Shown here piece after piece: positions 7,990 through 17,091 of a stretch of 22,307 nt of DNA. The notes beneath the pieces are model-generated. The model was not told the DNA's origin. It saw nothing but the letters and a program-made list of their open reading frames with translations, and searched no databases. The translations under genes were made by a program, and so were the position numbers. Numbering within the stretch: position 1 is the first letter of the stretch; each line of letters begins with the position of its first letter. The DNA is from a virus. Taxonomy: Duplodnaviria; Heunggongvirae; Uroviricota; Caudoviricetes. Location of the stretch: the IMG/VR virus record IMGVR_UViG_2851949629_000003; one strand, written 5' to 3'.

Positions 7990-9410
7990 TAATCACCCCA
8001 TAGTGAAGAAAAGTTACTGCTGGCTGCTGGCTGTGATACCTGCTCAGATTGCGGCAATGTCTGCGACGAAGAAGAAGTTCCTCTGTCAACTGCTGAAATA
8101 ACCCGCAAAGCATCATAAGCTCGACCAGAAGCAGCTTTCAGCGAATTGAACTGGTTTTCCATCTTCCGGCGCTTGGTATCAATGGTTTTTGTGGAGTCGC
8201 CAGGCTGAGGGAAATACATTTGATAATATTTTGACATTTCAGCAGGTACGATAGCTGCCCCTGTTTCCTGACGGAGTATTGCCATTATTGCGTCATTAGC
8301 ATTAACAACGTATTGCTGCTCTGTTGGGCTGAGCGTTAAGTTAGCCAGCGTCCCATTACCCAAAGCATTATTAATGATCGCCACTCGCTGTGGGCTAAGC
8401 TGGTCTTTCAGTGTATCTATTGAATCAAGAGCATCCCTAACCCTGTATGCAAATCCAGCAGCTTTTTTAGCCCCTTCTGGCGACTTTTCCATGATCTTTT
8501 GGGCTGTTGGCAAAGCTATTGGACGAAACCCATCTCCAGATATTGGCTGGTTTAGTTTTCCCTGCTCTTCACTTCCGTCTGTGTAGTATTTTGTGACAGT
8601 GCCATCATCGTTTTCTCTAACACTCATTAATTTTTTGGCGTTTGTATTAATTCCAGCCGCTGCCGCAAATGCCGCCGCCCCCTCTGGATCCTCCTTTAAC
8701 ATTTGAGCGTACTGATTGTAATTCTGCATTGCTGCTGTTGGTGCATATGCTGACGTTAACGCATTTGCTCGGCTAATATCCTGCCCTCTCGCCTGAAGTG
8801 CTTCGCCAGCCTGATTGCTGCGGATTGTTTCTGCCAACTTGCCACGCTCAATATCCCGACCTTCCATTTGATCTTTGATATCGAAATACTTCTCATGACC
8901 GAGAGAAAACAGTGCCATACTACCAGCAAGCCGCTGGAATCCCTGTGGATCATTAACATGCATTTCGGCAACAGACTCAGGAGAAATTCCCAAGCGACGC
9001 ATTTCATCTTCGTTATCTGCTATGAATTTTCCAAATGCCCCAGTTCCGAGCGAAGATGCGATTTGAGCACTAGTCGCAAGATGACCAATAGAATTTCTCT
9101 GGTCGTCATCAATAAAGCCCATCCCTTTCTGAACGCTTTCAAATTCTTCTGGATACTCAGAAATAAGACTGCGCATTTTGTTTCTGTCTCCAGACTCAAA
9201 AGCCCCGGCATATGCTTTCTGAAACTCTGCTTTACGCTGTTGTTGACGTGCCTGCTGATTAATCTCAGCAACGCCTCTTAGCCCCTGTAGCGCCATTAAA
9301 CCTACGTTTGGCTGCTGCTGATACTGCACAGGCTGAGGAACGGAAGAACGAGGAGCATTATCATTTTGCGGTGCCATGCTAGGCAGCCCGCCAAGTTGCC
9401 ATGTCGCCAT
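7989..9410 (-). CDS. Q-rich low-complexity protein (473 aa); possible phage ejection/DNA-transfer-type protein
   Basis: Coupled to both neighbours by TAATG overlaps at 9410 and 7989. Q/A-rich, coiled-coil-like composition. Family assignment is inference. Confidence 0.75.
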   Translation of the reverse strand: MATWQLGGLPSMAPQNDNAPRSSVPQPVQYQQQPNVGLMALQGLRGVAEINQQARQQQRKAEFQKAYAGAFESGDRNKMRSLISEYPEEFESVQKGMGFIDDDQRNSIGHLATSAQIASSLGTGAFGKFIADNEDEMRRLGISPESVAEMHVNDPQGFQRLAGSMALFSLGHEKYFDIKDQMEGRDIERGKLAETIRSNQAGEALQARGQDISRANALTSAYAPTAAMQNYNQYAQMLKEDPEGAAAFAAAAGINTNAKKLMSVRENDDGTVTKYYTDGSEEQGKLNQPISGDGFRPIALPTAQKIMEKSPEGAKKAAGFAYRVRDALDSIDTLKDQLSPQRVAIINNALGNGTLANLTLSPTEQQYVVNANDAIMAILRQETGAAIVPAEMSKYYQMYFPQPGDSTKTIDTKRRKMENQFNSLKAASGRAYDALRVISAVDRGTSSSSQTLPQSEQVSQPAASSNFSSLWGD

Positions 9411-10087
9411 TAGAATCCAAGCCCCCCAACAAGACCAATAAGCCCACCACCAATAGCCCCGGCGACATTACCTATACCCGGAACAACGGAACCAAGTTGC
9501 GCACCCGCTAAAGCGCCTGATGCCGCCCCACCAATACCACGCGCAAGACTGGATGGCTGCTGCGCCTGACCTGCACGAATAGCGCCAAGCCCCTGCAAGA
9601 GTTGCCCGGTATTATTGGCGTAGTTTTGCCCTGCTGTTGCCTGCCCTGATGCCGCATTCATCCCGACATTTAGCAGGTTTCCATAATTTTGCATTTGCCC
9701 ACTGAGCCAATTGTTATAAAGCATGGGCGCAATGGAAGATAACTGGTTACTGGTAGCTGTTGAGCCAAGCCCCCCGGTAGCTTCTGCTGAGACAAGGTTC
9801 TGATAACGGGCCTGATCTGCCTGTGTTTTATATAAACCAGAACCAAAGAAATCATTCGCGGCTTTATTCTGCCCTTCCAGAGTCATCAGTCCTTGTAGTT
9901 GTTGTAAAGCAGGCAATCCGACTTCTGCATACGGCTTGAGATTATTCATCACCGTATTCCACTGCTCGCGCTGCAAATCAATTGCCTGCTGCTGGGCCTT
10001 CGCCTGAGCTTTAGAGGCACCACCATCACCGCCTTTTTCGTATACGGCACGATTGAGATGTTTATGAGCTATATGGGTAATTAACAT
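9410..10087 (-). CDS. Gly/Gln-rich protein with glycine-zipper-like hydrophobic C-terminus (225 aa); possible ejection-type protein
   Basis: Start overlaps the upstream stop by 7 nt (ATGTTAA). C-terminus GIGGAASGALAGAQLGSVVPGIGNVAGAIGGGLIGLVGGLGF. Confidence 0.75.
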   Translation of the reverse strand: MLITHIAHKHLNRAVYEKGGDGGASKAQAKAQQQAIDLQREQWNTVMNNLKPYAEVGLPALQQLQGLMTLEGQNKAANDFFGSGLYKTQADQARYQNLVSAEATGGLGSTATSNQLSSIAPMLYNNWLSGQMQNYGNLLNVGMNAASGQATAGQNYANNTGQLLQGLGAIRAGQAQQPSSLARGIGGAASGALAGAQLGSVVPGIGNVAGAIGGGLIGLVGGLGF

Positions 10088-10542
10088 TCGCTGAGTTCCT
10101 TATATTGTTGCCGTGTTAACTGATAAAGCGTTACGCCGACGGGTTTACCACATCTGATATATGCATCGGCCAGGTGACCAACACGGGTAGCGCCAAGCAA
10201 ACGGATAATTGCCCGTCCGTATTTCGTGGTGTCAGGAACCATGGTGATGCTGTTAAGGAATGGTGAGTTTTCGAGAAGCCATTTGCAGAACAATCGATGC
10301 CCTTGCAGTGCATATTCACCACGGAATCCGGGGTCGTACACCGCATGGCATTCAACAATGCTATGCCAGAAGTTACGCACTTCATGAACGCCTGTCAGCA
10401 CTAATCCTTCGTAGATGCCGAGATATACCGCATCAGGCTTGATGTAGTACGTGTGCCCCGGCTCAACAATATTTTCGGTATTGCCAGGCTCGTTAAGAAA
10501 GGCCTGTAATCGCACCGGGTTATCAATAAATTTTAGTTCCAT
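10081..10542 (-). CDS. Hypothetical protein (153 aa), first large gene of the cassette
   Basis: ATG at 10542 with weak GGATGG Shine-Dalgarno. Coupled to the downstream gene. Confidence 0.7.
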   Translation of the reverse strand: MELKFIDNPVRLQAFLNEPGNTENIVEPGHTYYIKPDAVYLGIYEGLVLTGVHEVRNFWHSIVECHAVYDPGFRGEYALQGHRLFCKWLLENSPFLNSITMVPDTTKYGRAIIRLLGATRVGHLADAYIRCGKPVGVTLYQLTRQQYKELSEC

Positions 10543-10558
10543 GCGGTGCCATCCGTTT

Positions 10559-10720
10559 TCACATACAGCCTGCCAGCGCCTTATCTATTAACCCTCGTGC
10601 AATTTCATGCAGAGTTGGCGCTACTCCAATTCCTGATTTTTTACGCTGCTCTTCCTGAATTTTCTTTATCGCTTCCATTTGCTTCTCACTTATCAATACC
10701 GGCTTTACTGAAATAGCCAT
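10559..10720 (-). CDS. Small hypothetical protein (53 aa), possible leader or small regulator of the cassette
   Basis: Not in the supplied track (under 60 aa). ATG at 10718-10720 preceded by AAGGGGG. Translates to MAISVKPVLISEKQMEAIKKIQEEQRKKSGIGVAPTLHEIARGLIDKALAGCM. Stop is 17 bp before the 10542 start. Confidence 0.4.
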   Translation of the reverse strand: MAISVKPVLISEKQMEAIKKIQEEQRKKSGIGVAPTLHEIARGLIDKALAGCM

Positions 10721-10738
10721 AACGCCCCCTTAGAACTG

Positions 10739-10790
10739 TATAAAACAACAGTTATTATAGTTTCGCAAATCGCAATATTCATCATCGTAA
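10739..10790 (-). promoter_or_regulatory. Candidate sigma70 promoter for the cassette operon
   Basis: Minus-strand TATAAT (plus 10754-10759) about 34 nt upstream of the 10720 ATG. The -35 is weak, with two TTGCGA repeats nearby. Confidence 0.25.
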
Positions 10791-10813
10791 TTGCAAAATA
10801 TGAAACAAATAGC

Positions 10814-10846
10814 ACAAAAAAACGCCACCGCTCAGTAGCTGGTGGC
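10814..10846 (-). terminator. Rho-independent terminator on the minus strand, downstream of the primase operon and iteron cluster B
   Basis: Minus-strand RNA GCCACCAGCUACUGAGCGGUGGC (GC-rich stem) followed by GUUUUUUUG. Confidence 0.55.
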
Positions 10847-11041
10847 ATCGTTCTGTGTGTCAGGTTTTGACAGGTTTTTTATGGACTCTAAAAACTATAT
10901 TTATGGTGTCGCATTACTCTTCACGGCAGGCGCTTTTCAGTTCTGCCCTTGCTTCTGGCTCCATTGGTAATTTGATTCGCGATCAGCTATGCGGATGGTT
11001 TGCTGAACAGGCATAACAACTTCTCAGGGGCTGTTTTCTGA

Positions 11042-11118
11042 ACTACGAAAATTTCGTAGTGCTCACTTTCAAAAACGTCACGCCCTTGTACACAGGATTT
11101 TACGAAAGTCTCGTAAAA
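11042..11118. promoter_or_regulatory. Two palindromes sharing a TTACGAAA/TTTCGTAA core; candidate protein-binding sites
   Basis: ACTACGAAA-A-TTTCGTAGT (11042-11060, 9-bp arms) and TTTTACGA-aagtc-TCGTAAAA (11098-11118, 8-bp arms). Confidence 0.3.
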
Positions 11119-11160
11119 CACTCTCTGATGCCAGCCAGGTGTTGTGCGCATCAATTCAGT

Positions 11161-11286
11161 CACATTGTGTTGGTTCAAAATACCGTGTTGTTGGTTCAGT
11201 GTTGGTTCAATAAAAAGAATAAAATCATTATAAAACAATACTCTTTACAAATTGAACCAACTGAACCAACTGAACCAACACCTTTT
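11161..11286. repeat. Iteron cluster B: three GTTGGTTCA units (11169-11209) and three tandem TGAACCAAC units (11253-11279); inverted copy of cluster A, directly 3' of the primase gene
   Basis: Read directly. 11242-11286 is the exact reverse complement of 1204-1248. Confidence 0.75.
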
Positions 11287-11304
11287 CTACGCACATGAAG
11301 AAGC

Positions 11305-14064
11305 TCATTCTTCAGATGAGTTATAATCTCCTGGCTGGTAATTGAGTACATAAACGTTTATTTGTCGTCCCTGAATACGTGGTGATTTTCTTTGGTATCC
11401 ACGACCGCTGTTTGGTGGGGTTAGCATCCCGGCTTTTTTCAACACTTCAGCAAACTGTTTTGCGTTGAAACCACATGCGATCTCCTTTTCAAATGTGGCC
11501 GGGAATGTGTAGAAAATCATTGGGCTTTCGTCATGTTCTCCACGCTGACGGTATCCGGCTAAATCTTTGATGGGCAAATCTGCCGGGCTGTATGGAAATG
11601 GTGCAAAACGGCTAAGCCCATAGGCATTAAGAAATGCCTCCGTTTGTTCAATAATCTGCTGATGTTCTTTGTTACCTGTGCCGAACTCGCGCAACCATGC
11701 GTTATAGCTGTGCTGTATCGCATCACGGCATGTCTGAGCATCCCAGCCTGTTACAACCTCGCCTAACAGCAATGCGGCCTCCAGAATGGCAAATCGCGCG
11801 GCTACACGGTGAACCTGCTCACCATAATCGGATGGGATCAGACTTCTCCATCTGCTTTCGCAGTCACGAACAGTTTTAATTGCCTGTTGCTGGTGGTCTG
11901 CCAGCCATTTAATCCACTCACGCCCGGCTGCGCCGTGGTGATGCTGGTAAGCGTCTTTCAGTGCGTCTGCGTGCTGTTTTCCGTTCTGGTAATCGTGAAA
12001 GCGTACTGCTTTACTCAACGGAATATTCAGCAGTCGCACCAGTTGCCCGGCTTTGGTTTTTCGCCCGGAAGTAGCGATAAATGTTTCTAAATCCATTTCT
12101 CCGGTGCTGATTGCCACTGTACGCCAGCGTTTTAGATCCCGGTTTCCACCATCTTTAGCGCCTTGCAGTTTCCCTACACCGTTAAATAACGCATAGGCAG
12201 ACTGTGAAACGCTGACAGGATCTGCGCCCTGACCAACTTCATCAAGCGGCATTAGTCCGTCATTGTGGGCGGCAGCTTCATTTGCCAGCCCCAGCGCGGT
12301 TCCGTACCACGTCAGCCGCAGTAAATCAGGGTTGCCGTATAAGCTGCTCGCCACGTTTGCCGTGGTGGTCTTACCTGCGCTCGACTGCTCATAGAAATGA
12401 ATGCCGAACCCGTCAGCGCCCACCAGCCCAATCAATGGCGCTGCCAGTGCTGCGCCGATCCCGGTCATCATTGAATAGTTACCAAAGGCCAGACGCGCCA
12501 CGCTATCACGCCAGCTTTTCGCGCTCCCTGAGATAGTATATCCGGCTGCGGCTGAGCTTCTCCCGCTGAACAGCACAGGATTTTCAGGTGTTCCGATGAT
12601 TTCCCCATCAGGCATGATGTACGCTCCGCATTGCCAGCCAGTGGCATGAGCAACACGCCACAATTCACGAGAGCCACTGCGTTGTAGCCAGTCTGCCAGT
12701 ATTGCTCTGAGGCTGCTTTTGGTCGTGACATTTACCCCACCAGCTTTAAGTGTGCGCCATCCTTCACGTTCACCAATATCAGCCAGTGGAATGGCAGCGG
12801 TTGTCGGCGTTTCAGAACCAAACGACAGCCAGCGAAGAATGAGATACTGGTCTTTATCGTCTCTGCCAGTACCGATAACGCTTAACGGAGAACATAACCA
12901 GCTTTCGTTATTGATGATTTCTCCACTCTGGCTGTCAGCTCTCGGAGATACCCAATAAATACCATCCTCGCGGCTTTCTATTCTTGGTTTCAGTGGGTCG
13001 GTATCCATAACCTTAAAATCGCTTCCTTCAATGGTCTGTGGCTCCTGTTTCACGCCATTACCCTGTGGTTGGTACATTGATTTATTGAACGCTTCTGTAG
13101 CGCATTTAATGCCGTGTTTTTGGTGGTAATCATTCCAGTCTGCTTTGTGATCTGTCGGGGGTAATGCCACCCATCCAGAAACAGATAAAGCTGCTTTTTC
13201 TGCTGCTATTCTCCCCGTGTTTTGTCTTCCTTCGCTGTGGTCGTTATCCGCAGCAATGATGATTTGTGCTGAAGGAAATTTATCCCGCAGTACCTGGGCG
13301 ACATATAACAGGTTCCCGGCATCAATCGCCGCCACTGTCAGCGCCTCTGGACGAATTAAATGGGCAGATAATGCCGTTGCCAGCCCTTCTGCGATTAAGA
13401 TGCTCTGTGTTGTTTCTGGTGCGTTTATGGCGTGATATGCCCCTCGCTTTGCTGAACCTGTCAGGAGTCTTTTTTCACCATGTGAGGTAATAGTCTGTGC
13501 TGCTGTTACTGCGCCGGATTTATCCACCAGCGCCAGCAACAGAGATCCATCGGGCAACACGGGGAATGTAAAATCACCTACCCCTTTCGCAACCAGATAA
13601 TCAGATTTGCCGTTTACAGCCTTTCTGCGCATGTCATCAAACTGACGGGAAAACGTATCCCGTCTTTGTTGTTCGTCCTTCTCTGCCCTTTTCAGGCGCT
13701 CCTGTTCGCGTCGCTGGCGCTCGGTTTCCAGTTGTTCCCGTTTCTGGCTGGTGGCTTCTGGTGTTTCCGTTGTCCGGTAATCAATACCCAGAACATCAGC
13801 GGCAAGAAGCGCCGCCTCTGTTGTGTCGCAGTTATTTACGCGTTTAATTAAATCCAGCCCATCACCAGCGCCGCACTGATTACAGATGAAGCTACCGCGC
13901 CCGTTGTCATCGAACCGGAATCGATCTTTACCCCCACATGCAGGGCAGGGAGCATGACGGCGTGGAGAGTCAGGGACATTTATGTTCAGGCAGCCCAGCA
14001 CATGAGGCCAGTTGTTTTCAGACGCACTGATAACCTGACGGATAAGATCAATGTTTCGCATCAC
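11305..14064 (-). CDS. Primase-helicase (P4 alpha-like architecture: zinc ribbon + TOPRIM + P-loop NTPase), 919 aa
   Basis: Zinc ribbon CPACGG...CNQCG near the N-terminus, TOPRIM-like acidic motif IIIAADNDH, P-loop-like SAGKTTT. GTG at 14064 or ATG at 14061. Iterons lie immediately downstream. Confidence 0.85.
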   Translation of the reverse strand: MMRNIDLIRQVISASENNWPHVLGCLNINVPDSPRRHAPCPACGGKDRFRFDDNGRGSFICNQCGAGDGLDLIKRVNNCDTTEAALLAADVLGIDYRTTETPEATSQKREQLETERQRREQERLKRAEKDEQQRRDTFSRQFDDMRRKAVNGKSDYLVAKGVGDFTFPVLPDGSLLLALVDKSGAVTAAQTITSHGEKRLLTGSAKRGAYHAINAPETTQSILIAEGLATALSAHLIRPEALTVAAIDAGNLLYVAQVLRDKFPSAQIIIAADNDHSEGRQNTGRIAAEKAALSVSGWVALPPTDHKADWNDYHQKHGIKCATEAFNKSMYQPQGNGVKQEPQTIEGSDFKVMDTDPLKPRIESREDGIYWVSPRADSQSGEIINNESWLCSPLSVIGTGRDDKDQYLILRWLSFGSETPTTAAIPLADIGEREGWRTLKAGGVNVTTKSSLRAILADWLQRSGSRELWRVAHATGWQCGAYIMPDGEIIGTPENPVLFSGRSSAAAGYTISGSAKSWRDSVARLAFGNYSMMTGIGAALAAPLIGLVGADGFGIHFYEQSSAGKTTTANVASSLYGNPDLLRLTWYGTALGLANEAAAHNDGLMPLDEVGQGADPVSVSQSAYALFNGVGKLQGAKDGGNRDLKRWRTVAISTGEMDLETFIATSGRKTKAGQLVRLLNIPLSKAVRFHDYQNGKQHADALKDAYQHHHGAAGREWIKWLADHQQQAIKTVRDCESRWRSLIPSDYGEQVHRVAARFAILEAALLLGEVVTGWDAQTCRDAIQHSYNAWLREFGTGNKEHQQIIEQTEAFLNAYGLSRFAPFPYSPADLPIKDLAGYRQRGEHDESPMIFYTFPATFEKEIACGFNAKQFAEVLKKAGMLTPPNSGRGYQRKSPRIQGRQINVYVLNYQPGDYNSSEE

Positions 14065-14419
14065 CGTACCCCACGTGGTCTATAGCGTTTGCGATATGGC
14101 TAACCAGCATCTGCCACTTGGTTATTCCGTAATCAGTCAGCATGCCATCATTGTTTAGCCACATATCAAATTCAGCGGTTGTCGCAAGTTTCCACTTATC
14201 GCCGTGGACAGTCCTCATTGCTGGGTACATGAATGCGCAAATCAGATCACAAACATCTGACGGCTTCAGAGATGTAGTAATGGTGCGTCCCTCTGGCGTC
14301 TGAATTGCCATTTTCTCTTCACCAGTAGAATGAAGGTTATGAATCCACACAGCACCAGCAATCTTTGCCACCTGCTCTCCGATTGCGGAGCTAAGCGCCA
14401 TTTCTGCATTTTCACGCAT
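14048..14419 (-). CDS. Hypothetical protein (123 aa), replication-module operon
   Basis: ATG at 14419 with GGGAGG Shine-Dalgarno. Overlaps the primase start. Confidence 0.6.
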   Translation of the reverse strand: MRENAEMALSSAIGEQVAKIAGAVWIHNLHSTGEEKMAIQTPEGRTITTSLKPSDVCDLICAFMYPAMRTVHGDKWKLATTAEFDMWLNNDGMLTDYGITKWQMLVSHIANAIDHVGYGDAKH

Positions 14420-14753
14420 GAGAACCTCCCGCTACAGTTGCGCCCATGTCATTAACCATGCTTTGCCATATCTCACGCCCGACGTCAGTCAATCCGTCCT
14501 TAGTGACGCAACGCTCAATAAGCTCGATCCCCACGGTTTCCCACTGCGGGTAGAACACTTTCATGGCTGCCAGTGTGTAGCTATCGATCAGGCTGCGAAC
14601 GCCTTTTACTCCATTGACGATTTCCACACGTACGGCCTCGCCGTCCGCATCAACCATGAAATAGTCCCCTCCGCTGGTGGAGGTAATGTGGTTATACAGT
14701 GCCGACGCATACTTATTTGCCAGCGCATTCAGTCGGAAATTTTTAGTAATCAT
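14412..14753 (-). CDS. Hypothetical protein (113 aa)
   Basis: ATG at 14753 with GAGGATGG Shine-Dalgarno. Stop overlaps the next start. Confidence 0.6.
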   Translation of the reverse strand: MITKNFRLNALANKYASALYNHITSTSGGDYFMVDADGEAVRVEIVNGVKGVRSLIDSYTLAAMKVFYPQWETVGIELIERCVTKDGLTDVGREIWQSMVNDMGATVAGGSHA

Positions 14754-14763
14754 GGTTCCATCC

Positions 14764-15366
14764 TCAGTGCGTCACTGGTTCCGATGGCATGCCGTTTTCA
14801 TTCAGTTCAGCTATAAAGCTGTTGTGAAGTTCAGCAAGCGTTTCACGACCAAATGGAGTCAGTGCTCCTTGTTCCACATCCATCATGGCTCTGTAGAAAA
14901 TGATGGAGCGTTCTGTGCCAGACTCGATGCCAAAACGTTCTATCATCGCTCCCTCAATGTTGTTTGCCATAGCGAGGCGCTCTGCTACTGGATACAGCGG
15001 CATGGCAACGATGCCGTTGGAATAAACAGCCACTTCGGAAGGATTGCCAGTATCATCAATGATGCTGACAGTGCCGTTTTCCTCTCTCATTTCCAGCATG
15101 AATACTGTTGCGATCAGCCATCTCCACATAATGACGTTATGCTGTGATGTGTAATCGAAATATCCCTGGTTGCCGCCATCGGCTATAGCGAGATGTATTG
15201 ACATACCTTCATCTGGTTTATCGTCATAATCCCCGGCATCCAGACGATTTACGGCATCAATATATGAGACGGTCTCAACGCGTTCTGTCATGCCATCGTT
15301 GCTGCGGTGCATGATGTTTACGCCGTCAGGCGTTGCTTCTGCATGGAAAGTTAAGAAATTATTCAT
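14764..15366 (-). CDS. Hypothetical protein (200 aa from MNNFLTF...; the track's longer ORF extends to 15471)
   Basis: ATG at 15364-15366 with GAGG Shine-Dalgarno, in the ATGAATAA overlap with the upstream stop. The longer version would overlap the upstream gene by about 100 nt. Confidence 0.6.
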   Translation of the reverse strand: MNNFLTFHAEATPDGVNIMHRSNDGMTERVETVSYIDAVNRLDAGDYDDKPDEGMSIHLAIADGGNQGYFDYTSQHNVIMWRWLIATVFMLEMREENGTVSIIDDTGNPSEVAVYSNGIVAMPLYPVAERLAMANNIEGAMIERFGIESGTERSIIFYRAMMDVEQGALTPFGRETLAELHNSFIAELNENGMPSEPVTH

Positions 15367-15580
15367 GTTTCGCCTCGCCTGAATGATTCTGTAACTCATA
15401 TTTGCCCAACAATTCGTCTGCTTCCTGAATAGCTTCTGGTACGCCATTGAGCAGTGACATAACCGCGCCAATCATTAACTTGTCTCTGTTGCTTGGGCTG
15501 GCCCCTTCAAGCCAGAACCCTAAAACAGTCTGAACCTGTGCGATGCGACATTGCGCTTCAATGAGCTGGATGTTGGTCAT
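15359..15580 (-). CDS. Hypothetical small protein (73 aa)
   Basis: ATG at 15580 with GGAGAG Shine-Dalgarno. Overlaps the upstream stop. Confidence 0.55.
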   Translation of the reverse strand: MTNIQLIEAQCRIAQVQTVLGFWLEGASPSNRDKLMIGAVMSLLNGVPEAIQEADELLGKYELQNHSGEAKHE

Positions 15581-15840
15581 TTCGCACTCTCCACATCGAT
15601 TAAACTGATATCTATCAGGGAGGTGACTTTTTGTAGCCAGCTATTGATTACTGTCGCCTGTTCCCCTCCCACCGAGGGAATAATCTCATTCATCACATGA
15701 ACCAGACCTGTGCGCGCTCTGGTAAGCCGTTCAGTCGCGCAATCTGCGGGAGTGAATGTGTCTGGATATGGCTCTTCGCGCCCCAGCAATGATTCAATTT
15801 CCAGCTCACACGGATGACGATAAATTAAGTTGATATTCAT
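15577..15840 (-). CDS. Hypothetical small protein (87 aa)
   Basis: ATG at 15840 with GGGGGTG Shine-Dalgarno. ATGA overlap with the upstream gene. Confidence 0.55.
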   Translation of the reverse strand: MNINLIYRHPCELEIESLLGREEPYPDTFTPADCATERLTRARTGLVHVMNEIIPSVGGEQATVINSWLQKVTSLIDISLIDVESAK

Positions 15841-16031
15841 TTTTCACCCCCAAGAATTACCAGCTCTGCACGGGCATCGTTAACCAAAGATGAGCACGCT
15901 TTAATCGCATCCACGACATCAGCAGCGTCCATCTCTTCAGCCGAAAGACTGACAGCAAGCAGGACAGCCGCTGCTTGCTCGATTAATTGAAGTGCGGACG
16001 TAAGGCGAGGGGTATTAATTGAGTTATTCAT
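15837..16031 (-). CDS. Hypothetical small protein (64 aa from MNNSINT...; track ORF extends to 16088)
   Basis: ATG at 16029-16031 with GGGGG Shine-Dalgarno, in the ATGAATAA overlap with the 355-aa gene stop. Confidence 0.55.
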   Translation of the reverse strand: MNNSINTPRLTSALQLIEQAAAVLLAVSLSAEEMDAADVVDAIKACSSLVNDARAELVILGGEK

Positions 16032-17091
16032 TGGTTGCCCCCGTTTTGCATGGCATTTGTCCACCTTCCAGCAGGAAATGAACGTCACGAACGGCGAGAT
16101 CCAATATCGCGAGTAACGCCTTCAGTTTTTCGTCTCGTGAGGGAGAGTTGCTCACCAGAATGTCATTAATCACTTCTGTCAGTGTGATGATCTGGCTTGT
16201 GCGTTCGAGGGGATCCATATGCACATCGTAGGTTTTAATCATGTGCCACCTCCATGCGGATACGACCAGCAAAAAAGCAGACGTGATCGCGCACCAGAGA
16301 ACGGCGAGCATCGCGTTCAGACTCGGCAGCAATATGATGAATTTTGGCGGTAATTGTCGGGCAATCGCGGCGAACTGCGGCGATAATCCAGATAAATTGC
16401 GGTTTTTGGGTAGGGGTAGTAGCCAGCATGTGGCAGCCTCCTTCAGATAGCAGGTTACGCTACCACCGGAAACGCCAATTTCGCTGGTGGTAGCCCAGAC
16501 AGGGTTGGCGTAACCGGCTCTGAAGGATACCGGCGCTTCCGAAGAAGCCCCCGCCTGAGCCACCATTGATTGACAAAGGCGCTGGATTATACACCAACGC
16601 CCAAAAAATGGGTGAGTCAGACCTACGACATAAAAAAAGACGCTCGGCGCGTCATATGTCGCCTTCAGAATTTTCAGGACGCCAATCCCGGCACCCGTTT
16701 TATGAGGTGCCTTATAACCATAAACCGTGTTGCCGCATAACGGCAAGCTCTTTTTTATGGACTCCGAAAACTCGCTATTGGAAGCACCAGATGCACAGTA
16801 CATCGCGCTCATTTCGTTAACGTCACGCGCGTGGACGAATGTTTTTGTGGAGTCACTACACGAGCGGAAGACATCATCTACGACCAGAAATTCTCTGGCG
16901 CAGCCGCTGACCTTCTCAATGCTAATATCATCGCCCGAGATTTCTGGTATGGTTAAGGCATCCGTTCCGACCACCAGCAAATGATAAACTTTGCTTGTAT
17001 CTGCTGTATTAATGCCTGACTTTGCTGTCATATTGCTGTATTTTGGCGACATACCAGCCAGTGAAAATATCTTCTTCTGGGCGGTTAGCAT
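16024..17091 (-). CDS. Hypothetical protein (355 aa), unrecognised; C-terminal half contains hydrophobic stretches
   Basis: ATG at 17091 with GGAGG Shine-Dalgarno. Coupled to both neighbours. No recognised motif. Confidence 0.55.
   Translation of the reverse strand: MLTAQKKIFSLAGMSPKYSNMTAKSGINTADTSKVYHLLVVGTDALTIPEISGDDISIEKVSGCAREFLVVDDVFRSCSDSTKTFVHARDVNEMSAMYCASGASNSEFSESIKKSLPLCGNTVYGYKAPHKTGAGIGVLKILKATYDAPSVFFYVVGLTHPFFGRWCIIQRLCQSMVAQAGASSEAPVSFRAGYANPVWATTSEIGVSGGSVTCYLKEAATCWLLPLPKNRNLSGLSPQFAAIARQLPPKFIILLPSLNAMLAVLWCAITSAFLLVVSAWRWHMIKTYDVHMDPLERTSQIITLTEVINDILVSNSPSRDEKLKALLAILDLAVRDVHFLLEGGQMPCKTGATNE

Noticed and set aside
10987-11298. ORFs 10987-11238 (-) and 11059-11298 (+) across iteron cluster B
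   Set aside because: They are built largely from the repeated TGAACCAAC units and palindromes. Repetitive origin-like DNA commonly yields open frames, and neither has a ribosome-binding site.
14764-16088. Longer N-terminal versions of three operon genes given in the track (235, 83 and 89 aa)
   Set aside because: The longer versions would overlap the preceding genes by 60-100 nt, whereas internal ATGs with strong ribosome-binding sites sit exactly at the stop/start overlaps. The shorter forms were annotated.
16235-16984. Alternative small ORFs (16235-16429 minus; 16241-16450, 16566-16820, 16727-16984 plus) within the 355-aa gene
   Set aside because: The 355-aa frame has a GGAGG ribosome-binding site plus ATG and is coupled at both ends, whereas the alternatives lack start signals. 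I kept the long ORF, at moderate confidence because I recognise no motif in it.
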